From contig NIVC01001374.1 in the NCBI GenBank assembly GCA_002269645.1, positions 124,001 to 188,000 on the forward strand: DNA of 64,000 nucleotides. The letters run 5' to 3'. The DNA is from Macrostomum lignano (Eukaryota). The position numbers and the translations under genes are program-made. Under the pieces are notes generated by a model. It did no database searches, was not told where the DNA came from, and saw nothing but the letters and a program-made list of their open reading frames with translations. Numbering within the stretch: the first letter of the stretch is position 1; each line of letters starts with the position of its first letter. Positions 1 to 11,418 of this stretch are shown here, piece by piece.

Positions 1-1545
1 CTCCGTTGCTGCAGCCGTCCGGGAAGAAGTCGCCACCGATGGCCACGTTCAGGATGAGATGGAACGGCTGGTCGAATGGCGCCATCCGGTTGCCGCCGGC
101 CCACAGGTTGTTGCCCTGGAAGTTGCCGAGCTTCCAGAAGCCGCCAGCGTCTGGCCGGATCGCTCCGATGAACACGTCGTCAACCTTGTAGGCGATGTAG
201 CTGTCTGACCACTCCAGCTCGTACTTGTGGAAGGACTCCGTGTAGGGGTTGGAATAGTCGTCCTTTGTCCAGGCGGTCAGATCCCAGCGGTTCTGACCCG
301 GGTGAGGTCCCCAGTGCAAAGTGGATCCCATGTGCTTGTTGCCGATGTGCTTGTTGCCGCAGCTGAAATCGGTGTTGCCGCGAATCTCCACCAGGTCGAT
401 CTCGCCAGACATTGGCCAGCCGCCGTATTTCCAGTCTGTCGGCAGCATCCAGATGGCTGGCCACAGCCAGTCACCCTTGGGCATCTTGGCCGACACCTCC
501 AGACGACCGTAGCGGAAGGAGAAAGACTGGGAGGTGCGCATCCTGGCTGACTGCATTGGATTCAGGATGTCCACGCCAGCGGAGATCATGCAGCCGCCGT
601 CGATGTTCATATCGGGCTGGCAGCCCTGCTCCCAGAGGTTAAGACTGCCTGAAATGTGCGTTTTTTTAAAGCAAGCTCAGTTCCCTTATTTGGTTGTTTA
701 CACGTGTTCGTGGTGCGGCATGTTCTAACCGCCAAGGTCTTCTATAGGTTTTTCTGGTCAAGTAGACTGGTATCATGACCGATACATGACATGATGACCG
801 ATCCGCACCCTTGTGTTTGTTATACCTGTGCAGAAAAGATTTATACATGGAAACGAACGACTCTGCTACTTAAAATGCTCTTGACTTGGTCTTTTGGTTT
901 TGGATGCAGGAGTAGGTTACGCAACGGTCTCAGCACTGTACAAGCTGTATGCTCGTACGCAGGGGCTTGATAGTCTCATACACTTGGCTACCTTGCTGGA
1001 TCAGTGGATTAACCAAAAAGAGAAGCCTTCTCACCTCTATAAAGAAAGTCGTTGCCGTACTCGCTAGCCGTGGACGATGGCTTGATGTAGAGCTTGCCAT
1101 TTCGTACGTAGCTATTCTTGCGACTGTTTCTGTAGTACTGGAACTCGTGGTTACCGCCGCGCCAGCCGGTGACGAGGTGCTGCCAACGGCGCTCGTCTAG
1201 AGTGTTGAAGTCCTCCTGAAAGATGAGCTTCTCGTTGACGGCACAATTGGCCGGGCCGGCGATCCGGTAGCGATTGTTCTCCGGCTTGCTGTTGCCGCTC
1301 TTTAGCCAGCAGGTGAGGCGGCACTGCGGACAGTTCTGGTCAGTTGGCGGCGACCAGGAGAAGAACCTGCAGCCGGGCCTGAGCTGGCAGTGTCGCTGAC
1401 AGGCCTCGGCCGAGGCCACTCCAGTGATGGTGCCGGAGTTCAAGTCGTCGCCGGTGTAGTCAAGTCCGTACTCGAGACAGACCCGATGGCCTTCGGCAGC
1501 TCCGAAGGCGACTAGAGCTAGAATAGCTAGGATGCGAGCTGGCAT
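1..1545 (-). CDS. Secreted PAN/apple domain + GH16 beta-1,3-glucanase (LGBP/laminarinase family); exons 1545-1035 and 648-<1, 3' end outside window
   Basis: Signal peptide MPARILAILALVAFGAAEG, then PAN module CLEYGLDYTGDDL...CWLKS...GPANC, then GH16 (LIFQEDF...WRGGNHEFQYY). The GT-AG intron 1034-649 joins in frame to SARMRTSQSFSFRYGRLEVSAKMPKGDWLWPAIWMLP...WPMSGEIDLVE (intact ExDxxE)...APFDQPFHLILNVAIGG. Confidence 0.93.
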
Positions 1546-1595
1546 GGTTCTGCTGTTGCTGCCGAATACAGCAGTCTGTGCCGGATTGTGGCTTA

Positions 1596-1604
1596 CCTTT
1601 ATAC
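1596..1604 (-). promoter_or_regulatory. Candidate TATA box of the PAN-GH16 gene
   Basis: GTATAAAGG on the minus strand about 55 nt upstream of the ATG at 1545. Confidence 0.5.
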
Positions 1605-2205
1605 CTTTTCTCAGGGTCGGCAGGTGGGGTTGGAGGGCAAAGTTTGAGTAAGACGTTGCTCCAACGCAATCGATAAGCAGGTGGTTCTCGCAGGTTGTTT
1701 TTTCCCAGGTGTCAGGGGGGGGGCGGTTTTTGGTAATAATGTCACGTTGTAAAATAAATACTGCATTGCATTGCATTCATGCCCTGATTTGCCAATCGCC
1801 CAGCTATGGGGCCACTCGGTTCGGTTAGCAAGCACCTGAAGTGAGTACTATGCCATTGCTTAGCGGTGTTTTCCTTTGTTTTGTCCTAGATTAGCTTGGG
1901 AAAATTCTTGTATCGAAGGGGTGTGCTGCAAGGGCAGTCTTATCTGTGCCGTTTGAAATATGGCCTGCTATTGCGTTTTCCAGAAAATATCTTTAAAAAA
2001 TGGGCGTGTATTACTGGGTGTGTATTGCGACTAGGCGTGTACTACTGCACTTTTTCTACAACCTTAACCGAGATTTGTTAACGAAAAAACCCAGAAAATC
2101 TTTGAAGAGAAATCACGCGATCCAGTCTTGTTTGCGAATTTCTGTAAAATTTTAGTGCAGAAGCATCTCATTCGTTTAATCTTAGGTAAAAAGCTCTGCA
2201 ATTAG

Positions 2206-2365
2206 TTGGTTACTACTACTGCTGCTAATACTAATACTACTACTACTACTACTACTATCGCTGCCAGACTAATACTACTACTACTACTACCACAACTACT
2301 AATACTACTGCTAATACTAATACTACTACTACTACTACTACCACAACTACTAATACTACTGCTAA

Positions 2366-2403
<38 letters not shown>

Positions 2404-2456
2404 TCGCTGCCAGACTAATACTACTACTACTGCTACCACTACTACTAATACTACTG

Positions 2457-2495
<39 letters not shown>

Positions 2496-2677
2496 TCGCT
2501 GCCAGACTAATACTACTACTACTACTACTACTACCACTACTACTAATACTACTGCTAATGCTAATACTACTACTACTACTACTATCGCTGCCAGACTAAT
2601 ACTACTACTACTACCACCACTACTACTAATACTACTGCTAATACTACTACTACTACTACTACTACTATCGCTGCCAG

Positions 2678-2709
<32 letters not shown>

Positions 2710-2778
2710 TACCACTACTACTAATACTACTGCTAATGCTAATACTACTAATACTACTACTACTACTATCGCTGCCAG

Positions 2779-2813
<35 letters not shown>

Positions 2814-2834
2814 TACTACTAATACTACTGCTAA

Positions 2835-2922
<88 letters not shown>

Positions 2923-2935
2923 GCTGCTGCTAGTC
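2206..2935. repeat. (CTA)n microsatellite with higher-order spacer
   Basis: CTA/TAC runs interrupted six times by ATCGCTGCCAGACTAATA (about 2257, 2403, 2495, 2584, 2667, 2768). Confidence 0.95.
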
Positions 2936-2968
2936 ATAATGACCTCGAATTTCTCTATCACCCTTCAG

Positions 2969-5019
2969 ATCGGTAATTCGCCGCTGCAAACTTGGCGAAA
3001 GCGACTTCGCACTGGTGGAAGGCGAACGGCTTGTCACTTCTGTGGCCAAACTGAGCCAGTCGCCGCCCAGCTACCTGCTGTCCACCTGTCCCCACCTGCT
3101 CGCCCGTCTGCGCGATCGCTGCCGGGCCGGTCACCGAGGCCAAATCGGCGACTGCGTCCTCGTCACCGACCGCCTGATGTCTCAGCTAGCCGACGCTGCC
3201 ACTCCGCAGGCCTGCCTAGCCGTGTTCCCCAAGCCCGACCCGACCAAGGCTGCCGAGATTCGACAGCGTCGACTCGACGCGGTGACCTCCGGAGGACTTC
3301 GACTCGACTATTCGGTGCTGTGCTGGCGAGTGTCCGATCCGGCTAATGTTGGCGGCATCGCTAGGCTCAGCTGGTGCTTGGGGGCCAGGTGAGACTTGGG
3401 TAGAGTTGGCGCTTTTGTTTTTTAGAATTGGCGATTTTGTGTTTCTTAGAATAGGTCACATTTGTGTTTCTTGGAATAGAAAATAGCACCTTGACTTTAT
3501 CAGACACTGCACCTTTTCTGTATTAGAAATTTCACCTTGCTTTTCTTAAAAAATGCACTTTTTCTTTCTTAGAAATTGCACTGACGCACATCGCGTGCCG
3601 CCTATTTAGCTTAGAAAGTGCATACAAGTGATACAATTCTGCACAATTTCGATTTTTCTAGTTTCTTGATCGCCGGATTGATAAATGCTTTTGTTAGCCT
3701 AACCAGGGTCTTCTGCGATATAAACTTACCATAGAATTTACTCGTAAATACTTTTCAGACCATGTCGGCCGAAATTTGGTAAACTTGCCTTGGCCGCGTC
3801 TTGCCCTAGTCTATGGGCCATAGACTGCAAAAGCCAAACAAAGCAGATGATATAGCATAGAGTTAAGACTCCGTGGGTCGAAGGCTCAAGGGGTTTACGA
3901 AAAATACACCCGCATCTCTATGCTACATCTCTCTTAAATTTCTGCGTTTGTAGCGATAAAAATACAAACCCGCAAATTTATACGTTAAAGATAAGTGCGA
4001 TTTCCGGGGTGTCAGTAGTTTTGCGGGTTATGCTATGAAGTTATGTGAAGGATTTAGAATAGAAATATTAGGGTCGTGGGGCCAGAGCCCCTACAATCTT
4101 CACCATAGGCAATTTTCATCATCAAGGAGATCACTGCTCGATTCATTGATTCCTTGGCTCCTCAACTTAAACACAATATGATTTGATTTGCCTAACTATA
4201 CAACTGCTGGTCCTTAGATCCCTCGGTAGGTTTTTTCGAAAAAATACACTACGGAGCTCGGAAGTTTTCATTTTTCATGGAGAATGATAACAGCATATCA
4301 AAAGATGAACACAGGGTCTGCCTCCTATCGAAAGCAATAACAATTTTTATGCTGAAAGATAAAAACTTCCTATCTCCGTAGTGTATTTTTCGAAAAGACC
4401 TGCCTCCTAAAATATTCTAAGAAACGAGGTTTTTCCGTCTTTCTACTTGAGTAGTCTTTGTATCAAATATTTGTACCAACACGTGGATACAGTTTCGCTA
4501 ACCTGCACACGCCGCAGGCGCCTCCTGATGACCCCGGGCAGCGCCAATCCATGGCTGCCCAAAGCCATCCGCGCCGGCGCTGGCGCCCATTTCGACCTGC
4601 CAATCGTGTCGAACTGCGCAGAGTTCTCCGACGCCTCGCAGCTGTTGTCGGCATTCAGCCGGATTCTGGTCGCGTGCTCGGCCAGACCCAAGGACTCGCT
4701 GTTGCTGACCGGGAGCCGTGAGCTTGCCGATACGCTCCGACAGGATGCCGGCTCGTCCATCTGCCTGTTGCTCGGCTCAGAAGCCAACGGGCTGCCCGAC
4801 GAGCTGATGAAGAGTCTAAATGAGGCTGCACCCGAACGGGTCACAATGCTGCACGTGCCAATGTCCGATTACAGGCAGACTGCCTCGCTGAATGTGGCTG
4901 CCGCTGCTGGCATTGTGCTGCACAGGCTGTATAGTCTGGCTGACGGTGGCGACCTGCTGGACTCTGCTGCTGATGCTGCAGCTGACAGACTGAGCAGTGC
5001 TGGAGGTCGCTATCGCTAG
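2969..5019 (+). CDS. MRM3: SpoU/TrmH-family RNA 2'-O-methyltransferase, MRM3/RNMTL1-like; exons 2969-3388 and 4518-5019, 5' exon not resolved
   Basis: FALVEGERLV; SpoU motif 1 VSDPANVGGIAR; NPWLPKAIRAGAGAHF; LLLGSEANGL; VPM...SLNVAAAAGIVL. The intron 3389-4517 is GT-AG and phase-consistent. Confidence 0.85.
4228..4401. mobile_element. Short palindromic MITE-like repeat in the MRM3 intron; related partial copy at about 20195-20300
   Basis: AGGTTTTTTCGAAAAAATACACTACGGAG ... CTCCGTAGTGTATTTTTCGAAAAGACCT inverted ends. The internal CTGCCTCCTATC(G/A)AAAGCAATAACAATTTTT recurs at about 20210. Confidence 0.6.
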
Positions 5020-5020
5020 C

Positions 5021-5581
5021 TGCCGGTCCTTAGATCCCCAAATGGTCCTTAGATCCCCAGATGGTGCTTAGATCCCCCAAATGCTGGTCCTAGACCCCCC
5101 AACTGTCCTTAGACCCCCCAACTGTCCTTAGACCCCCCACTTGTCCTTAGACCCCCCAACTGTCCTTAGATCCCCAAATGGTGCTTATATCCCCCAAATG
5201 CTGGTCATTAGACCCCCCAAATGGTGCTTAGGTCCCCAAAATGCTGGTCCTTAGACCCCCAAATGGTCCTTAGATCCCTTAAAAGGTGCTTAGGTCCTCC
5301 AAATTCTGGTCCTTAGATCCACCAAAAGGTCCTTAGATCCCCCAACTGCTGATCCTTGGATCCCCAAATGGTCCTTAGATCCCCTAATGGTCCTTAGATC
5401 CCCTAATGGTCCTTAGATCCCCAAATAGTGCTTAGATCCCCAAATGCCGGTTCTTAGATCCCCCAACTGCCGGTCCTTAGATCCCCCAACTGCCGGTTCT
5501 TAGATCCCCCAACTGCCGGTTCTTAGATCCCCCAACTGCCGGTCCTTAGATCCCCCAACTGCCGGTCCTTAGATCCCCCAA
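5021..5581. repeat. 19-23 bp minisatellite (GGTCCTTAGATCCCCCAACTGCC)
   Basis: Tandem array starting immediately after the MRM3 stop codon. Confidence 0.93.
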
Positions 5582-5930
5582 ATGTAAACATCGCTGAGCA
5601 TTTATGCAACTATGATTAGTTCGCATTTATTTGTTCTGCATCCAATCATGTTACAGTGTTCTCAAATAAATTTGAAAATGCCAGCTGTAGAATTTCTGTT
5701 TCTGTTGATAGCAGGATCTATTATTTTGGTTCAAAAAACTCATATTTTCCAAGACCTTTTTTATTAGTTACTAATAGTAAAAATGCACCAAACTCTCCAG
5801 TTTCTTGAGCAGTGCTTAAACCGTGCTCATGGGGGGAAGGAGCTGCTCAGCAACAAAAACGTCTGACTCTCTCTGACTCCCTTGGTGTGCACAAAAATTG
5901 GCCTGAGGGTTGTCTTGCGATTCACAGACC

Positions 5931-7516
5931 ATGAGACCCAGACCCCCAAGGCCTCTTGCAAATTATGATTATCAATTCCGCTCCCATATTTTGCAGGCGG
6001 AGAATCTCATCAACCTGGAGTTCCTCAGACCAGGCCGGCAGGCTATTCGACTGAAAATTCCCAGTGATCCCCTCAACCAGCTGGGTGCCCGGCTGTGGCC
6101 GAGCTCTCTGAAACTGAGCTGCCTGTTGATGCGGCAGCTGCAGCCTCATCAGGGTGAGCAGCTGGGCACCTGTCTTGAGCTTGGCTGCGGTTGTGGCCTG
6201 GCTGGCGCCATGGCGCTGGCGCTTGGCGCCCGCCGTGTTACATTTACAGACTCGTCACCGAAAGTGCTCAACAGGTGCGCTAAGCAGTGCCGTCTAAATG
6301 GATTCTCAATGAGTGCAGCTTCCAGTAGCTTTGCTGAGCCCGACTTGAAGAGATTCAAGGTAAGGAGCGTTAGAGAAGTTGATTGTTGCTTTCACAAGCT
6401 CGAAATTTCAAGCTGGTGACTGAAATTTAAGTTTAGAGTTTGTGACTCTTCGAGTTTGTGAAGCTTCGAGTTTGTGAAGCTTCGAGTTTGTGAATCTTCG
6501 AGTTCGTGAAGCTTCGAGTTTGTGAAGCTTCGAGTTTGTGAATCTTCGAGTTCGTGAAGCTTCGAGTTTGTGAATCTTCGAGCTCGTGAAGCTTCGAGTT
6601 TGTTAAGCTTCGAGTTTGTTAAGCTTCGAGTTTGTGAATCTTCGAGTTCGTGAAGCTTCGAGTTTGTAAATCTTCGAGTTTGTGAATCTTCGAGTTCTTG
6701 AAGCTTCGAGTTTGTATACTTTCGAGTTTGTAAAACCTTAAAGTTTGTGGATTCTCAAGTTTGTGAATCCTCCAGTTTGTGAATCTTCGAGTTCGTGAAG
6801 CTTCGAGTTCGTGAAGCTTCGTTTTTGTATACTTTCGAGTTTGTAAAACCTTAAAGTTTGTGAATCCTCCAGTTTGTGAGGCTTCGAGTTCGTGAAGTTT
6901 CTTTTTGTATATTTTCGAGTTTGTAAATCGTCAAGTTTGTGAATCCTCGAGTTTGTAAATCCTCTAGTTTGTGAATCCTCTAGTTTGTGAATCCTCTAGT
7001 TTGTGAATCCTCGAGTTTGTGAATCCTCCAGTTTGTGAATCCTCCAGTTTGCTTATATAAAGTCAAACCTACGAGACTCCCCCTTCATTGGAGCGACAGG
7101 CTTCCGTTGGCGAGTTTGACTGTCGCCAGCTCTGCTGGGGCAGCCTCGACCAGCTTCTGCAGGGCCTGGCAGACGGCTGGCTCGCCCAACCGCTGGACCT
7201 GATCCTCGCGTCCGACTGCCTGTACGATCCAGCTGTGTTCGACTCGTTCTTCGCCACTCTGTCCGGTCTGTTCCGACTGGCCAGTCCGGTTCGTCTGGGC
7301 TGTCTGATGTCCGCGCACAACAGGAATCCGGATTGGGGATTTGCGAGACTGCTGGCTCGGTATGGGCTTAGGGCGACGCCGCTGACTCTTGACGATGCAG
7401 ACTCTGTCGAGGCCTGCATCTCTGCGGACTGTTTGGCCTCGCTGCCAGCTGACTTTGCCAGCTGCCTGCTGGAAGATGAAACTGTGCAGCTGTTCAGAGT
7501 GACGCCCGAGCTTTAG
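5931..7516 (+). CDS. METTL23: Methyltransf_16-family protein methyltransferase, METTL23-like, 281 aa; exons 5931-6359 and 7100-7516
   Basis: LGARLWPSSLKLS; SAM motif CLELGCGCGLAG; VTFTD; LCWG; LDLILASDCLYDPAVFDSFFATL. The intron is GTAAGG...GACAG, phase 0. Family is secure, exact orthologue less so. Confidence 0.8.
6446..7050. repeat. 16-bp minisatellite (CTTCGAGTTTGTGAAG) filling the METTL23-like intron
   Basis: Direct tandem array with drifting variants. Confidence 0.93.
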
Positions 7517-7931
7517 GCGAATCGTGTGGGGTTTTGCGAGACCAATCGTATTTGCATTTGAACTCAAATTCAAGGAAAGTGAAGAAGTTCAGTTTCTGTC
7601 TTCAGAACACAAGAAACTGTATTCTGGCGCATTGCCTGTCTTTATTAATAGTTTTTTACTAAGATTTACTGTTTTAAACTGGTAAATTCCAATGTTCCAA
7701 TTGTACTGCCTTAATTCTTTAAACGCCACGATATAATAAGCTTTTGTGATTGACGCACCGAGTCGTCAGCAGCGTAATGGAATTCCATTGTCGATTTACC
7801 CTTTTACATCGTGTGTCAGAAAAGTTCCGGGACTGTGCTTATAAAAAATTTATTAATAAAAATCACTCAGAACCGAAGCTGGCCCCTTCAAAGTAATCCC
7901 CCCTGAGACGTATAAGAAATTTGTACAAGTA

Positions 7932-8326
7932 CAACCAGACCGTAAATTAGGCTAAGCTTGTGCTTCTCATCTTAATTCAATTTCACATTGCGGGGTCAAG
8001 GGGCGGAGAACCCTCTCTATTCTTCTATGAGCCTGTATCAGTTAGACCCTCTTTTATAGCTTCCTTATTATCTAACCTGTTTGCGCCCTTAGTTTACTTA
8101 ATTGCACGATTAAGTTGTAGATTAAATTCTTATCTTTTCTCATCTCTCGAATCTCGCAATAGTTATCTAAGTTAACCATGTTTGTTATCGGCAAGCCTTG
8201 CGTTGCCTATTTATCAATCTCAATTATCACAACAAGCCCCCACACACCCCAAAGGGCCTCTCCGCCCCCTAATTGACCCGAAAAGATGAGAACCATAAAA
8301 GCTTATCCAAATTTACGGTCTGGTTG
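7932..8326. mobile_element. MITE with TA target-site duplication (Tc1/mariner-type)
   Basis: TA|CAACCAGACCGTAAATT ... AATTTACGGTCTGGTTG|TA, with imperfect TIRs extending about 90 bp. Confidence 0.75.
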
Positions 8327-9479
8327 TACAAATTTATTATCTACATAAAAGGGTCAATCAACAATGTTATAATAATATAACTATGATTACATTCGCGTCA
8401 AATACTAGTGTTGAATAATGACTAAAGGCGGGCACGCTTGTGTATAGTATATAGCATTTCCCGGTCAATAGCGCGGTACATATAGTCAGTTTCTAGATTC
8501 CTACAATCGGGTTCGCAGAAATTTTCTGTCCATCATCAGTCGTGAAAAAAAAGTGCTAACAGTTTCGCAGATTTGTCAGCACTAACGATTTATCATATTT
8601 CGATTTCTCCTCGTCCACTTAAAACCAATTTAGCTTCACATCGTATCAATACAGTGCAGTCAATATCGTGTTCAGCAATCTTGTTCGCACATGTGGAAGT
8701 CATTATCGAGTCTAGCAATCAGTTTATGATGCAATTCATACCTTTAAAACTCAACGACTACTAGTGCTGGCATGCTGTTCTCAAAATTGGGTTGCATTCA
8801 ATGAACTTAGCGCTTTCTGTGATCTATTTAACTCGCACCTCAAAATCGCTGTGTTACTTCATCTATAGTCACCCAGCTGCTTTATTTTGCACCGAAAATT
8901 TACTCCTGAGATTCAATATGGCTGAGCAAGTCCGTAGAAACTGAACGACAAATACTGATCGGCAATGACTGGTTGATGCCTTTGAAGCTGGCGACGACCA
9001 AAACCAGAATAAGCGCGCAGTTAACTTTCCACAGACCGGAATAAGCGCGCAGTATTTTTGATCGATACAGGAAAAAGCGCGCACGAGTTTTCCCATGACT
9101 TGGAACAAGCGCGCCAAAATTTTACCCGCTTTCGGAATGAGCGCGCAGCTGCTTTTGTACTGACGGGATTAAGCGCGCAAATGATGATTTTAACCGACTG
9201 ACTGCAGGGGCCTGAAATTTTCAAAGGGCATGGGCCTTTAGGCTCAATATCTGACTGACTGACCACAGTTGGCTCTCTCGGCTTCTGATTGGCTGCAGGG
9301 GAGAGGGGTGCAATGTACAGTGCCCAGCGCATGGAGCGTGCAAATCAGGTTGTGGGCCTGATATGACTTACACTTTCAATTGCGGCGTTTAAAAGCCGAT
9401 TACACTGCGATCAAATTATTCAGTGTTACTTCTAGCTATGGAGTGCATAGAAGACTGCGCGCTGAAACACGTTTCTACA

Positions 9480-10070
9480 GTGCTTTGTCCCTCCGGCGGT
9501 AAAGACAATTGTGACTGATTTTGAACTTGAATTGATGAGTTCCGCCGAAATTGCATTCGCTCCAGCAGAAGTATCTGGTTGCTGCATGGTTCCACTTCTG
9601 TCAAGCTGTGGTCGGGAAATTCAAGTTCAGCGGATTCCAATCGCAGATCGGGCGAGGTTGCGACTCCGCAGTCAGGAGGTGGATGTTGAGCCTACTGGGT
9701 CTGCCTCTGCTGCCCGCAGACGAAATTTCTCCCGCTTTACGTCTCTTGCGTCCGACGCCGAGCATGATACCAGAAGAGAATCGCCCTGCTGCTGACCGAA
9801 TTTACATGTATTTAGAAAGCTTCTGGATTTTCTGCGTTGGAGTCCAGCGCCTCTCAGTGCACTGGAAAACCAGGCGCACCAACTGTGACATTGAAGCCTA
9901 CCACAGAGGTCTGAGCCGACGCTTCAAGGCGCACCCTAACTGGTGGCTGTATTTGGAGGGCCTCGTAAAGGCAATCCGAACTCATTCGCTAGACTGCATG
10001 CATACGCTCAGAACGTGGACGTAAAGTGCGGCGTGGCTGACCAAATGATGGCAACAAAACGGCAAGCCGA
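9480..10070 (+). pseudogene. MULE transposase fragment (frameshifted)
   Basis: KTIVTDFELELMSSAEIAFAPAEVSGC, then a 4-nt insertion near 9583, then WFHFCQAV...YLESFW...RRTNCDIEAYHRGL...HPNWW. These match the MULE motifs TDFE, CxFHxxQA and RTNNxxExxH. Confidence 0.8.
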
Positions 10071-10074
10071 CCAG

Positions 10075-10830
10075 CCGGCTCTGGACTCTCAGCCTGTCTC
10101 GTATCAGCAGCTCCAGCCGGCTCTGGACTCTCAGCCTGTCTCGTATCAGCAGCTCCAGCCGGCTCTGGACTCTCAGCCTGTCTCGTATCAGCAGCTCCAG
10201 CCGGCTCTGGACTCTCAGCCTGTCTCGTATCAGCAGCTCCAGCCGGCTCTGGACTCTCAGCCTGTCTCGTATCAGCAGCTCCAGCCGGCTCTGGACTCTC
10301 AGCCTGTCTCGTATCAGCAGCTCCAGCCGGCTCTGGACTCTCAGCCTGTCTCGTATCAGCAGCTCCAGCCGGCTCTGGACTCTCAGCCTGTCTCGTATCA
10401 GCAGCTCCAGCCGGCTCTGGACTCTCAGCCTGTCTCGTATCAGCAGCTCCAGCCGGCTCTGGACTCTCAGCCTGTCTCGTATCAGCAGCTCCAGCCGGCT
10501 CTGGACTCTCAGCCTGTCTCGTATCAGCAGCTCCAGCCGGCTCTGGACTCTCAGCCTGTCTCGTATCAGCAGCTCCAGCCGGCTCTGGACTCTCAGCCTG
10601 TCTCGTATCAGCAGCTCCAGCCGGCTCTGGACTCTCAGCCTGTCTCGTATCAGCAGCTCCAGCCGGCTCTGGACTCTCAGCCTGTCTCGTATCAGCAGCT
10701 CCAGCCGGCTCTGGACTCTCAGCCTGTCTCGTATCAGCAGCTCCAGCCGGCTCTGGACTCTCAGCCTGTCTCGTATCAGCAGCTCCAGCCGGCTCTGGAC
10801 TCTCAGCTTGCCTCGTATCAGCAGCTCCAC
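10075..10830. repeat. 42-bp tandem repeat, 18 units (17 identical, last variant)
   Basis: CCGGCTCTGGACTCTCAGCCTGTCTCGTATCAGCAGCTCCAG with no spacers. Confidence 0.97.
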
Positions 10831-11418
10831 CTCTACAACCAATGGTTTTATTGGTATTTTGTTATTACAGTATTTTGACAAAACTTTGCGCGCTCATTCC
10901 TCACTGTAAATCTTATGGGTCCGGATAAGGTCCGAATTGCATAATGCGGACCTTCATGCCTGAAGGCGGACCTTCATGTCTGAAGGTCCGATTTTTTTGG
11001 TCAGAGAAAACGAATGAAATTTTTTCAAGTGCCCTCAAATGATATTTTTTTAAGCACACGCGAGATTTTATAGAGAAAATCGGACTGGAAATAAATTTAG
11101 GTTTTATACCACCGTATTTTTTGCCGCATAAAAACACAAATAAAATTATCCGTCAAATGTAATTGCATCAATCGAAAGCTCTAAATGCCTTAAATTAAAG
11201 GAATTATATATTGTATTCCTTTTAACAGGTACAAGCGCATTTCTAACACAGATCAAAAATATGTTGGGAACTTTTGTTTCACTCTACTAACTTCGAACAT
11301 TTAGATTGTTGCGTGCAATTCGTTCTGATCAAACCTAAAAATTAGTGCTTTTTAAACGTTTTTACGCGTTGTCCATTCCACAACGACGAATTTAGTAGGC
11401 TTATCCACTGTCCAGGAT

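Noticed and set aside
1-1545. Horizontal transfer of the GH16 gene from bacteria
   Set aside because: It has a spliceosomal intron and a signal peptide, and its motifs fit the animal LGBP/laminarinase subfamily. Nothing visible supports recent transfer.
7805-7915. Mariner left end (TCAGAAAAGTTCCGGGACT)
   Set aside because: It resembles a mariner TIR, but I found no partner end or transposase sequence. Too short to list as a feature.
10075-10830. CRISPR-like array of identical 42-bp repeats (also the 40-bp array at 52150-53212)
   Set aside because: Units are contiguous with no unique spacers, there are no cas genes, and the context is eukaryotic.
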